A stretch of DNA of 64,000 nucleotides from Ignavibacteria bacterium RIFOXYC2_FULL_35_21 (GCA_001804705.1 MHAY01000027.1:15399-79398); one strand, 5' to 3'; positions 28,652-38,768 are shown, counted from the first letter of the stretch. Made by a program: numbers and translations. The notes: generated by a model from the sequence alone, not told the origin.

Positions 28652-28678
28652 AAAGCCTCCATCTGGAGGCTTTTTTTT
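28652..28678 (+). terminator. Intrinsic terminator after ftsZ
   Basis: Stem aaagcctcca / tggaggcttt with a 2-nt loop, running into a T8 tract. Confidence 0.75.
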
Positions 28679-28819
28679 GTCTTATTAAAGAAAAAAATTT
28701 AAATATTTTTCAACATCACTGTAACAAAATCCAAATTTTTTTGTTATTACATAAAATAAAACAACAGATTATGAAGTTTAGCTATTAAAAATGAAATAAA
28801 TTATTTTTCGGAGGTATCT

Positions 28820-30871
28820 ATGAAACATTTTCTTTGCCAAATTACGTTTTTAGTGATTTTTTTTCAGGCTAATATCATTTCACAAGACTGGCAATGGCAA
28901 AATCCTTTGCCGCAGGGAAATCATTTATATAACCTTAAATTTGTTGATTCAAATACTGGCTGGGCTGTTGGTCAGAACGGCACTATAATTAAGACAACCG
29001 ATGGTGGTAACAGTTGGATTATAGAAAATTCAGGTTCTACGCAATATCTATTATGGTGCTTTTTTATCAATTCAAACATTGGCTGGGTTGTTGGTGATTC
29101 AAGCATTATTTTAAAAACGACTGATGGAGGAAATAACTGGAATAAGCAAAATTCCGGTATAGAAAACCTACTCAGGAGTGTATATTTTACTGACGAAAAC
29201 AGAGGATGGATTGTCGGAGAAGTTGGTGCTATTATAAACACAACTGACGGGGGATTAAGTTGGAATACACAAACTTCAGGCACTACTGATTATTTATCCA
29301 GTGTATTTTTCGTAAATTCAAATAAAGGTTGGGCTGTTGGTAAAGCCGGTCTAATATTAAAGACAATAGATGGCGGATTAAGTTGGAATGTACAAACATC
29401 CAATACTTCATCAAGTTTGTTTAATATTTATTTTATAAATGAACAAACAGGCTGGTGTGTTGGTAATAATGGAACGATTTTAAAGACTACAAACGGTGGA
29501 ACGACTTGGGATAGCTTGACATCAAATACATACTGGGAACTTTATGGCATACATTTTATTGATTCACTAACGGGATGGGTTTCGGGGTATTTTGGAAATA
29601 TACTAAAGACAACCGATGGTGGTAATACATGGATTAAAGTATTAGATATTGAATACCAATTTATATTTAGCATACATTTTAAAGATTCACTTAATGGAAT
29701 AGCAATTGGCTCACAAGGAATTATTCTGAAATCATCAGATGGTGGAATTTCTTGGAATTCAATATCCTCAGGTTATCATGAAACAATATTTAGTATTGAT
29801 TTTGTTGATACTAATAATGGTTGGGCTGTGGGTGCATCTACATTCAAAACAACTAATTCAGGAAATAATTGGGAGATTCTTGATGATAGTTTACTTGTTA
29901 TGGTTGATTTTATTGACACTAATACAGGCTGGGCAGTAGGGTATGAAGGTAAAATTCTAAAAACGACAAACGGGGGAAATGATTGGGTGGTTCAGCAATC
30001 AGAAATTAAATCAAGTTTTTATGGTTTACATTTTCTCAATGAAAATATTGGATGGATTTTGGGTAGATATGGCAATATACAGAAAACTACAAACGGAGGA
30101 GCAAATTGGATTTCTCAGATTTCTAGTACTAATAGGAATCTTTCAAGTATAGATTTTGTTGATGATAATAATGGTTGGGCTGTAGGTGATACCGGTACTG
30201 TTCTAAATACAACAAATGGAGGGGGCACCTGGTCCATTCAAAACTCAAATACTAATTATAAACTTACAAGTACCTCAGCAGTAAATGAAAATTTATGCTG
30301 GGCTGTCGGTTTAACGGGTACTATTTTAAATACAACTGATGGGGGGAAAAATTGGAACTTACAGACATCAGGAGTTACATTTAATCTTTTAGGAGTTCAA
30401 TTTATTAATTCAAATGTTGGTTATGCTATTGGTTGGAGTGGAACAATTCTCAAAACAATAGATGGAGGTATAAACTGGAATAAACAATTTTCAGGAGCTT
30501 CTGTTCATCTCACAGGTGTACATTTTATCAATGAAAATATTGGTTGGATTACCGGAGATTATGGTACAATCCTACATACAACAAACGGTGGTGTAACTTT
30601 TGTAGAAGATAAACAATTTAATAAAGATTCAGATTATTCAGTTTACCCAAATCCGTTTACAAATAATTTAAATATAGATTTGCCCGATGGATTTAATGCT
30701 AAAAATATAATCATATATGATTTATTGGGTATAAAAATTAAAGAACTTCAACAAAGTGATATACACATGCAAAAAAATAATACATTCGAAATTGATTCAG
30801 AAGATTTACCTACTGGCGTTTATTTTATTCAAATTGGAAATGGAAAAGCAAAGATGATAATAAAGATTTGA
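28820..30871 (+). CDS. BNR/Asp-box (Ycf48-like) tandem beta-propeller repeat protein with T9SS C-terminal domain
   Basis: 683 aa with a signal peptide. About 14 repeats of the form G.ILKTTDGG.SW (Asp-box S/T-x-D-x-G-x-x-W). C-terminal VYPNPFTNNLNIDL...GVYFIQIGNGKAKMIIKI. GGAGG Shine-Dalgarno site upstream. Confidence 0.75.
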   Translation: MKHFLCQITFLVIFFQANIISQDWQWQNPLPQGNHLYNLKFVDSNTGWAVGQNGTIIKTTDGGNSWIIENSGSTQYLLWCFFINSNIGWVVGDSSIILKTTDGGNNWNKQNSGIENLLRSVYFTDENRGWIVGEVGAIINTTDGGLSWNTQTSGTTDYLSSVFFVNSNKGWAVGKAGLILKTIDGGLSWNVQTSNTSSSLFNIYFINEQTGWCVGNNGTILKTTNGGTTWDSLTSNTYWELYGIHFIDSLTGWVSGYFGNILKTTDGGNTWIKVLDIEYQFIFSIHFKDSLNGIAIGSQGIILKSSDGGISWNSISSGYHETIFSIDFVDTNNGWAVGASTFKTTNSGNNWEILDDSLLVMVDFIDTNTGWAVGYEGKILKTTNGGNDWVVQQSEIKSSFYGLHFLNENIGWILGRYGNIQKTTNGGANWISQISSTNRNLSSIDFVDDNNGWAVGDTGTVLNTTNGGGTWSIQNSNTNYKLTSTSAVNENLCWAVGLTGTILNTTDGGKNWNLQTSGVTFNLLGVQFINSNVGYAIGWSGTILKTIDGGINWNKQFSGASVHLTGVHFINENIGWITGDYGTILHTTNGGVTFVEDKQFNKDSDYSVYPNPFTNNLNIDLPDGFNAKNIIIYDLLGIKIKELQQSDIHMQKNNTFEIDSEDLPTGVYFIQIGNGKAKMIIKI

Positions 30872-31246
30872 CACATTAATTTAAGTTTTTATTATAATAA
30901 ACCCAGCTTTGAAGTTGGGCTTATTTGTAAATATTGACTTTTTCTTTACCTCTCCGCCCCACTGCGTGAAACCCATTCCCCCAAACCCTATTCCCCAGCC
31001 CCCATACCCATTCAGAATTATCATAATCACACGAATCAAAGTTCCGATAATTTTCTAAACCATTTTAAAATCCTTTTCTTGACTTATCATTCCATCAGCC
31101 TTATCTTTGCCCCGCATGTTCTTTGTTAATAAATGTAGGGCTTGAAATCAATGCCGGGATGAATAGCCACTATCTTTAGATAGTGGAAAATGGATTACCA
31201 GTACCACTTGACTTTAGTCACTTATTGGCACATAAAGATACTTCCA

Positions 31247-31402
31247 ATAGGACATCAATAGGACAAAATGAGACAAAACAGGACAAATTGAGACAAATAT
31301 TCCATATTCGCTATATTCTAACTCCTTACATATCAATTTTATTTCTGAATAGCAAACTAAAAATAAAAAAAACAGGACAAAACAGGACAAAACGTGACAT
31401 TT
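31247..31402. repeat. Two clusters of 10-bp-phased GACA(A/T) direct repeats (iteron-like) flanking an AT-rich spacer
   Basis: GACA starts at 31251, 31262, 31272, 31282 and 31292, then at 31376, 31386 and 31396. At 20-bp resolution, aggacaaaatgagacaaaac aligns with aggacaaattgagacaaata. Confidence 0.7.
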
Positions 31403-31596
31403 ACCATAAAACTCCCTTCTCCCAATGGGAGAAGGGTCGGGGTTGAGGGAAATAAATTAATCAAAAACCCTGTAACATCTGCTCCGGATGCACAAATTTG
31501 CACCTTTTTGGTTTAATATAGCCAGTATTTTTTCTCTTTGATTTTGTAATGTGAATTCATTAGTTTCGTCCATAATAAAAAATTTATAGGTTGATT

Positions 31597-31788
31597 ATGA
31601 ATAAAAAAACTATTACATATTGGCAGGATGGGGATTTTTGGCTTGGGTATATTAATGATTATCCTGAATATGTTACACAAGGATTGACACTTGATGAGTT
31701 AATTGAAAACCTCAAAGACATATACCATGATTTAACTAATGAATTAATTCCCGGCAAAAGAAAAAGTTTAGAATTAGAATTGATATGA
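31597..31788 (+). CDS. hicB: HicB-like antitoxin (UPF0150-type, no obvious DNA-binding domain)
   Basis: About 63 aa. Contains TITYWQDGDFWLGYINDYPEYVTQGLTLDELIENLKDIY. Its stop overlaps the hicA start (ATGA). The track start is a TTG at 31591. Confidence 0.6.
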   Translation: MNKKTITYWQDGDFWLGYINDYPEYVTQGLTLDELIENLKDIYHDLTNELIPGKRKSLELELI

Positions 31789-31937
31789 AACGTAAGGAGC
31801 TTATCAAAATTCTTGAAAAATTGGGATGCGTTCTGATAAGACATGGTGGTAAGCATGACTGGTTCCAAAATAAATCATCAGGTGTATGCCAGCCAATACC
31901 GAGACATAGTGAGATTAATGAAAATCTTGCTAAATGA
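31785..31937 (+). CDS. hicA: HicA-family mRNA interferase toxin, apparently shortened at the C-terminus by an in-frame TGA
   Basis: Not in the ORF track because it is under 60 aa. Reads MKRKELIKILEKLGCVLIRHGGKHDWFQNKSSGVCQPIPRHSEINENLAK*, which has the HicA hallmarks (LEK.G, RHGGKHD, PRH.EI). Confidence 0.7.
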   Translation: MKRKELIKILEKLGCVLIRHGGKHDWFQNKSSGVCQPIPRHSEINENLAK

Positions 31938-32161
31938 ATTATAAAGAAACTATCATAAATTTCAAAAATCAATATAATGTTTGTAAAGGTTGGTTTAGCG
32001 GAATCTTGTTCTACTAATATTTAATCACTACGTGATAAAATTGTTATATTATTTTCTACAGCCTAAATTCCTACAGCCTAATTACCTATTTCCGATTGTT
32101 AATTGTGAATTTTTATTTATTTTCCAAAAATAAATTATTCAACAAAATTGAAAGTTACTAA

Positions 32162-34372
32162 ATGAAAAAGTTAATTTACTTTGCTGTTGTCACAATCTTT
32201 ATTTCTTCGTTCAACTTTTCAAATGTTTTTGCACAGGAAAATACAAACGATGCTTTTTATGAAATGCTAAATAGGGTTGGAATCAGTGAGCAGGATTTGG
32301 GTTTCCGTCCCAAGGGCTACTGGACACGCTATCCCGACCCGAAAGATATTCCGTATAAAATGCTTTCATTCGATGACCTGCTCGCTGAACCACAGCGTAT
32401 ATATGATTTCGTAAGGAACATGGCTCTTTCGGTTGATGATTACCTTCACCCGGATTACATGAAAGCTAATCATAATTCATTGCTGAAGCTGGCTTACTAT
32501 TGCGGAGTGAGAAATGCAACGGGTGAGTTCCGCCAGTACAGTGCTTCGCTTTGGGCTGAAGTGGATTCGACAGAACCACTGCTGAAGGCAATCAAAGAGA
32601 TTTATACAACAACTCACAGGGTGTGGAGATATAATGCAATGGGCAACGCATCGGACTTCCCGCTGATTGAAAAAGATTTGATGGCGGCAATAAAAAATAT
32701 TCATCCCGAAGTGCAGAAGGCTGTGGCAAGGACTGTACTGCTTATGCTGGAGGCATACAGGTTCTGCAAAATCGGAATGCGTAACGTTGACGGGAAAGAT
32801 GCAATCGAGTGCTGGAGAATCCGGCAGTTGGGCGAAACTCAATTCGATGGCTTGGAGTATTTCCCACAGCTTGAAGATGCGGCACAGAGCATTGATATTA
32901 ATTCGATTTATTATGCGGGATATAAAATGCTGGAATCTTCATTACAGCTTGCTGATACTTTGACTGTGATGAGAACATCTAAACTGAAGATTGATTGGGA
33001 GAAACAGAATCTGAACATAATGACTCCAATTGGCAGAATAGTCCTGAGTGGAACGGGTAATGACAAACATCAATATTCTGATTTGCTTTTGCTTGTGGAT
33101 TTCGGAGGTGATGATGAATACAGGGGAGCAGTGGGTTCTACTCCATCGCTTGAGATTCCGGTTTCACTTGCGATTGACCTCGATGGAAATGATAAATACA
33201 TAAATGATGATGAATATCTACCTTCTCAGGGAGCAGGAGTATTCGGAGCGGGAATGCTACTCGATATGAAAGGCGATGATGAATATACATCAATGAAAAT
33301 GGCTCAGGGAGCGGCTATGCTGGGTATAGGAATCCTTGCAGATATGGAAGGAAATGATGTTTATAAACTCGGAACTGACGGACAGGGTGGAGCATATTTT
33401 GGTGTCGGACTTGCAATTGACAATCGAGGCGATGATAAATATTTTATTGATGGAGACGGTCAGGGTTATGGCGGAGTCGGTGGTGTCGGCACTTTGGTAA
33501 ACCGAAGCGGTAATGATTTTTACAGGGCAGAGCCTAAAGCCTCAGTTGTCTTTCGTCCTGATTATCATTCAAAGGACGGGAAGCTGAATTACTCTTATGC
33601 ACAGGGCTGTGGAGTCGGAAGAAGGGGAGACGTAACAGACGGACACTCATGGGCAGGCGGAATGGGAACATTGATTGACCTCGAAGGAGATGATGTATAT
33701 GAATCTGCGAACTGGTCACTCGGATGCGGATATTGGTATGGAATAGGATTTATTTATGACGGTGCAGGAAATGATAAGTATCACAGTGCAAGCTGGAGCC
33801 AGGCGGCAGGGGCTCATTTCTGTATAGGTGCTTTGATTGACGAAGGAGGAAATGATGAGCATATATTGTGGGAAGAGCAATCTGTGGGAATTGGCTTTGG
33901 GCATGATTATACAGTTGCTTTATTCCTTAATCGCGGAGGAAACGATAAATATCAATTGAAAGATGACGGTCTTGGTTTTGCAATTAATAAATCACAGGTT
34001 TTTATGTTCGATACTGATGGCGATGATACCTATATACGAAGCGGTAAGGGCAGGAACTACGGCTGGAACAATTTCGACAGCAATAATCCTCCTGAAGTCG
34101 AATCAATCTTTCATTTATATTCCGACCAAATATGTTTTTTTGCTGATGTAAATGGAACTGATAAATATATTCTAAAGGATTATGACAATGGAAAAGAGTC
34201 GGTTGATACATTGATGAAAGACGGTGCAGAAAATTTTGTACCCGCTGATAAAAGCAATCTTGCAAGCAAAAAGTTTTACGGATTAGGAAAAGATTTCACC
34301 GATTGGAAAGGACCAGAAATAGAATTTTTCAGGGATAAAATGAAAAAGAAATATCCTGAGTTTAAGAAGTAG
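32162..34372 (+). CDS. Secreted protein with about 12 G-[ND]-D-x-Y repeats (predicted beta-solenoid), function unknown
   Basis: 736 aa with a signal peptide. A non-repetitive N-terminal domain of about 300 aa is followed by repeats spaced roughly 20-25 aa apart: GGDDEY, GNDKY, GDDEY, GNDVY, GDDKY, GNDFY, GDDVY, GNDKY, GNDEH, GNDKY, GDDTY, GTDKY. Confidence 0.6.
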   Translation: MKKLIYFAVVTIFISSFNFSNVFAQENTNDAFYEMLNRVGISEQDLGFRPKGYWTRYPDPKDIPYKMLSFDDLLAEPQRIYDFVRNMALSVDDYLHPDYMKANHNSLLKLAYYCGVRNATGEFRQYSASLWAEVDSTEPLLKAIKEIYTTTHRVWRYNAMGNASDFPLIEKDLMAAIKNIHPEVQKAVARTVLLMLEAYRFCKIGMRNVDGKDAIECWRIRQLGETQFDGLEYFPQLEDAAQSIDINSIYYAGYKMLESSLQLADTLTVMRTSKLKIDWEKQNLNIMTPIGRIVLSGTGNDKHQYSDLLLLVDFGGDDEYRGAVGSTPSLEIPVSLAIDLDGNDKYINDDEYLPSQGAGVFGAGMLLDMKGDDEYTSMKMAQGAAMLGIGILADMEGNDVYKLGTDGQGGAYFGVGLAIDNRGDDKYFIDGDGQGYGGVGGVGTLVNRSGNDFYRAEPKASVVFRPDYHSKDGKLNYSYAQGCGVGRRGDVTDGHSWAGGMGTLIDLEGDDVYESANWSLGCGYWYGIGFIYDGAGNDKYHSASWSQAAGAHFCIGALIDEGGNDEHILWEEQSVGIGFGHDYTVALFLNRGGNDKYQLKDDGLGFAINKSQVFMFDTDGDDTYIRSGKGRNYGWNNFDSNNPPEVESIFHLYSDQICFFADVNGTDKYILKDYDNGKESVDTLMKDGAENFVPADKSNLASKKFYGLGKDFTDWKGPEIEFFRDKMKKKYPEFKK

Positions 34373-34380
34373 TTTGATTG

Positions 34381-34432
34381 TGTCAGGAGTAACTCCTGAC
34401 ACGGTTTATGGATGCTGAACCAAGTTCAGCAT
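34381..34432. terminator. Two tandem perfect hairpins between convergent genes
   Basis: tgtcaggag-taa-ctcctgaca (34381-34401) and atgctgaac-caa-gttcagcat (34412-34432). Confidence 0.5.
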
Positions 34433-34473
34433 GACATTTAACACTCAAAACTCAAAACTCAACACTTTTTTAT

Positions 34474-34950
34474 TTATTGGTCAGTGAAGAAATACTCTGC
34501 GAGGTCATCAAATTTTATGTTAATGACAATCCAACCTCGTGAAGGCGAATTGTAATAAGTAATAATCCATCGCATGGGCATATCGGGATGGATGCTGAGA
34601 TAGCGGACTCGAAGCAGTGATTCGGTTACCTGCTCGGAATTTACAGGTTCATAGCCCTGCATATTCCCGTAAAGTTTGAATGATTTCTTTGTTTGATCTA
34701 TTAGATTTTTAATCTGGTCATCTTTTTTTGCAATCGGGCTGTTTTTTAATATTGTCTCAAAAGCCTTATCAACTTCTGCTGTAACGAGAAGTTTAAAGAA
34801 GGCTGTACAGCTTGCCTGAATCTCCTTTGGAACATTTGCAATACTGTTGCCTTCGCCAATTCCTGATGACTTTTGTAAACTACTTTCCTGTGAAAATACA
34901 TTCAAAGATATAAAGAAAAGTATTCCAACTGCTAAAGATAAAATTCTCAT
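34474..34950 (-). CDS. Hypothetical secreted protein
   Basis: 158 aa with an N-terminal signal peptide (MRILSLAVGILFFISLNVFSQ). No recognisable motif. Confidence 0.5.
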   Translation of the reverse strand: MRILSLAVGILFFISLNVFSQESSLQKSSGIGEGNSIANVPKEIQASCTAFFKLLVTAEVDKAFETILKNSPIAKKDDQIKNLIDQTKKSFKLYGNMQGYEPVNSEQVTESLLRVRYLSIHPDMPMRWIITYYNSPSRGWIVINIKFDDLAEYFFTDQ

Positions 34951-35002
34951 ATCTAACCCGATTAGTTTTTATACAAAAAAGAAAAATAACATATTTAATT
35001 AA

Positions 35003-35800
35003 TTATTTCAAGAAAAATTGTTTTTCGTCAACATAAATTCCTGCCATTTTCTTAAGCTTATATAGTTCATGTCTGGATAAATGCCTGTAACTTCCCCTGG
35101 CTAATCCCTGTACAGACAATCCTGCAAAATATTTCCTGTCTAGCTTTTTCACCAAATAGCCAAGTTTTTCAAATATTCTTTTTACTTCGTGATTCTTCCC
35201 TTCTTTTAATGTAATTATAACATTAGACTTATTTTTTGGGTGTATAAATAGCTCGCATGGTGCGGTTTTTGCATCATCAATGTCAATACCCAAAGCTATT
35301 TTTTGAGCGTCTTCCGGTTTTAGAATTTTATCTAAAGTTACATTATATACACGCTCGATTTGAAATTTAGGATGAGTTAATTTGTGGGCAAGTTCTCCGT
35401 CGTTTGTGAGAAGAAGGACGCCCGTTGTGTTCCTGTCAAGCCTTCCGACGGGGTAAATTCTTTTACTTGATTTGACAATATCAAGGACAGTCTTTCTGTC
35501 TTTCTCGTCGCTTGTTGTTGTGATGTAATCTTTTGGTTTGTTTAGTAAAATATAAACAAGTTTTTGTTCTGTTTTTACAGGATTTCCATTTACAGAGACC
35601 CTATCGGTGTGTTGTATTTTAGTTCCTAAGTCAATAACGATTTTGTTATTGACCGATACTGAACCTTGTTTGATAAGTTCATCAGCCTTCCTGCGAGATG
35701 CTATTCCGGCATCGGCAAGGAATTTGTTAAGTCTTATTAAAGAACTCCCCGAACCCCCTTTGAAAAAGGGGGCAGAATTAGATTTTGATTTCATTTTCAT
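35003..35800 (-). CDS. rluB: Pseudouridine synthase, RsuA/RluB family (S4 domain plus catalytic domain)
   Basis: 265 aa. S4 domain IRLNKFLADAGIASRRKADELIKQG.VSVN and catalytic motif GRLDRNTTGVLLLTNDGEL. Confidence 0.85.
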   Translation of the reverse strand: MKMKSKSNSAPFFKGGSGSSLIRLNKFLADAGIASRRKADELIKQGSVSVNNKIVIDLGTKIQHTDRVSVNGNPVKTEQKLVYILLNKPKDYITTTSDEKDRKTVLDIVKSSKRIYPVGRLDRNTTGVLLLTNDGELAHKLTHPKFQIERVYNVTLDKILKPEDAQKIALGIDIDDAKTAPCELFIHPKNKSNVIITLKEGKNHEVKRIFEKLGYLVKKLDRKYFAGLSVQGLARGSYRHLSRHELYKLKKMAGIYVDEKQFFLK

Positions 35801-35942
35801 ATTTAACTTGCTTTGAGTCTTAATAATAATTATATTTTCGTAGTTAGGTTAACTATTATTGCAATTTAGTTAAGAATAATTAAATTTAAATAATGAATTC
35901 CAAAGGTTAGTAGTGTGATTTGGTAAATAAACAAAATTTTAT

Positions 35943-38768
35943 TTGATGATTATAATGCTGAATCATTTTATATATATTTTTTTATTAATTACATTCTCAT
36001 CTGTCTCTTTATGCCAGAGTTGGGAAAAACTCTATCGGCAGGCACATGAACAATTTGCTAATAATGATTTTAAAGCTTCATTAAACACAACTCGTTCTGC
36101 TCTCGTAAATGCTCAACGTGAATTTGGGGAACGCTCGGAAGAATTTACAAATACACTTGGTTTACTTTCTTCAATTTATTATTCAATGGGTGATTTTTAT
36201 AGGGCAATTGATAATTATACGAGACAAAAGGATATAATCAGCAATTTAAAAGGTAAAAATAATGAAGAATATGCAAGAGCATTAAATAATCTAAGTGCTT
36301 CCTATCAAAAACTCGGCAGATATGCCGAAGCCGAACCAATTCTACTTGAAACAATAGATATAAAAGAGAAAATATTCGGTATTCTTGATACATCTTATGC
36401 TGTTTCGATCAATAATCTTGGTGAATTGTATCAATCGTTGGGGAGATATCCGGAAGCTGAGAAATTATATTTGCAGGCTTTGGAGATAAAAAAAGAAAAG
36501 CTTGGTACTTCGGATGTGTCGTATGCAGTAACATTATATAATTTATCTTATCTCTATAGGATTCTCGGGAATAACGACAAAGCACAGGAATTAATCGAAC
36601 AGGCATTATTTATTTTTCAATCCAAGCTTGGGGATGATGACCCAATGGTGGCTTTAGCTCAGTTTGAGCAAGCTTCTGTTTATATATCACAAGGTAAGAT
36701 GCTGGCGGCAGAAGCCATACTGTACAGGATTCAGGAGATACAAACGAAATCTGCAGGTGAAAGCAGTTCTCAATATGCTATCACGCTTTATAATCTTGCT
36801 AATCTATATATAAGAACATATAATCATCAAGCGGCTGATTCTTTGTTAGCTCTCGCGATTCAAATTGCAGAGGATAAAATCGGAAAATCGGTCCCGTTTT
36901 ATTCGGACTGCCTTAATTCTTACGGCATAGTAAAATGGGTTTTGGGAGATTTGGATGAATCAAAAGACATGCTTGAAGAGGCTGTCTTCTGGAGAAAGAA
37001 TCTGTTTGGAGAGAAAAGTCCTCTTTATGCTTCTACTCTGAGTAACCTTGCAGGTGTTTACAAGGACCTTGGTAATATGACTCGTGCTGAAGCTCTGTAT
37101 AAAGAATCTCAATCTCATTTTCTTATGCAATTAGACAAATATTTTCCATACATGAGTGAGGTAGAGAGACTGAATTTTAATCATTCTCTCAAGGAAAGGC
37201 TGGATATGTTCTATTGCTTTGCTGTTGAAAGGATGAAGGATGAGCCTGGGATATTAGGAGATGTATATAATCAGCGGCTTGCTACAAAAGCAGTTTTGTT
37301 AAAAACCTCAAGAAATATAAGAGAGAAGATTGTCAGAGGTGGAAATCAGGAATTGATTAACAAATTTGACCGGTGGAAGAAATTGAAAGAAGAATTAGCA
37401 TTGCTGTATTCTTTATCGAAGAAACAACTCTTATTAATGGATAAGAACATTGATTCACTAGAGGAAGCAGCAAATTCAATTGAAAAAGAACTATCATCGG
37501 TAATGGTGGAAATTAAAGACATTAACTCAAAAGAGAAAAATGATTGGAAGGAAATTCAGCAATCACTTAAACAAAATGAAGCTGCAATTGAAATTATCAG
37601 GGTGGATTATTTCGATAAAGGCTGGACAGACGATGCCTTTTACGGGGCATTGATTTTGACAAAAGAAAGCAGGAAAAACCCTGAACTGGTAATTCTTCAT
37701 CATGCAAATTATCTTGATTCAATGTACCTCTTTTATTATAAAAGAAGCATAATGAATAAAATTCCGGATGAAGATTCATATAAATTCTTTTGGGAACAAA
37801 TTGATGACAAACTTGAAGGCAAAAATATTATTTACTTGTCAACAGACGGCATATACAATAATATAAATATTAATACCTTGAAAAAACCCGATGGTACTTA
37901 TGTAATTGATGAAAGGAATATAAGGCTTGTATCGAGTACATCAGGTATTTTAAAGACAGAAACACCTGCAAAGAAATCTACTTTCTTAAAAGAAGCATGT
38001 TTGATCGGTAATCCGAAATTCAATAAAGATACTGTTCCGAATCTTTACATCAATCCAGCACACACACGTGAAGCCAATGTTTTAAATTATGATATAATTA
38101 ATAATAAAAAAATAATACCTGTTGCACCATTACCCGGAACTGAGGATGAGGTAAATAAGATTGACAGTTTACTTGCAGAAAAAAAATGGAAAGTTGATTA
38201 TTATACAGGAGAACAGGCGAGTGAAAATACCCTGAAATCAATTAACAATCCTAACATATTACATATTGCAACACATGGATATTTTCTCGGTGATGAAGAA
38301 TTAAAAAAGCATGAAAAGGTGTTTGGAGTAAGAATTGAAAAGGCTTTATCCGACCCATTATTAAGGTCAGGATTACTTTTAGCCGGAGCAGGCGAAGCTT
38401 TGAACTCACAGGAATTTAATTATTCAAGCGACAATGGTATCTTTACTGCTTATGAAGCATTAAACCTGAACCTCGAAAACACGAGTCTCGTTGTTTTAAG
38501 TGCCTGTGAAACTGGATTAGGGCAGGTGCTCAAAGGTGAAGGTGTTTATGGATTGCAAAGGGCTTTTCAGATTGCGGGGGCTGAGGATGTAATTATGAGT
38601 TTATGGGTTGTTAATGACATGGTAACCCAGGAATTAATGACAAGATTTTACAAGTATTGGCTAAGTGGTAAAGGAATTGGAATCGCTTTCAGAAATGCAC
38701 AAATGGAGCTCAGGAATAAATACCCTGAACCCTATTATTGGGGTGGATTTGTTATTGTCGGAAAGTGA
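35943..38768 (+). CDS. Exported TPR-repeat / CHAT-domain (caspase-like) protein
   Basis: 941 aa with a signal peptide. TPR repeats of the form Y..ALNNL...Y...G.Y..AE.L. C-terminal CHAT dyad: ILHIATHGYF (His) and LVVLSACETGLG (Cys), ending YYWGGFVIVGK. Confidence 0.8.
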   Translation: MMIIMLNHFIYIFLLITFSSVSLCQSWEKLYRQAHEQFANNDFKASLNTTRSALVNAQREFGERSEEFTNTLGLLSSIYYSMGDFYRAIDNYTRQKDIISNLKGKNNEEYARALNNLSASYQKLGRYAEAEPILLETIDIKEKIFGILDTSYAVSINNLGELYQSLGRYPEAEKLYLQALEIKKEKLGTSDVSYAVTLYNLSYLYRILGNNDKAQELIEQALFIFQSKLGDDDPMVALAQFEQASVYISQGKMLAAEAILYRIQEIQTKSAGESSSQYAITLYNLANLYIRTYNHQAADSLLALAIQIAEDKIGKSVPFYSDCLNSYGIVKWVLGDLDESKDMLEEAVFWRKNLFGEKSPLYASTLSNLAGVYKDLGNMTRAEALYKESQSHFLMQLDKYFPYMSEVERLNFNHSLKERLDMFYCFAVERMKDEPGILGDVYNQRLATKAVLLKTSRNIREKIVRGGNQELINKFDRWKKLKEELALLYSLSKKQLLLMDKNIDSLEEAANSIEKELSSVMVEIKDINSKEKNDWKEIQQSLKQNEAAIEIIRVDYFDKGWTDDAFYGALILTKESRKNPELVILHHANYLDSMYLFYYKRSIMNKIPDEDSYKFFWEQIDDKLEGKNIIYLSTDGIYNNININTLKKPDGTYVIDERNIRLVSSTSGILKTETPAKKSTFLKEACLIGNPKFNKDTVPNLYINPAHTREANVLNYDIINNKKIIPVAPLPGTEDEVNKIDSLLAEKKWKVDYYTGEQASENTLKSINNPNILHIATHGYFLGDEELKKHEKVFGVRIEKALSDPLLRSGLLLAGAGEALNSQEFNYSSDNGIFTAYEALNLNLENTSLVVLSACETGLGQVLKGEGVYGLQRAFQIAGAEDVIMSLWVVNDMVTQELMTRFYKYWLSGKGIGIAFRNAQMELRNKYPEPYYWGGFVIVGK

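Noticed and set aside
31183-31446. 87-aa ORF covering the GACAAA repeats
   Set aside because: The translation is a repeat artefact (..GQNETKQDKLRQ.. and ..KTGQNRTKRD..). It has no Shine-Dalgarno site and spans palindromes and hairpins, so it is better described as non-coding repeat DNA.
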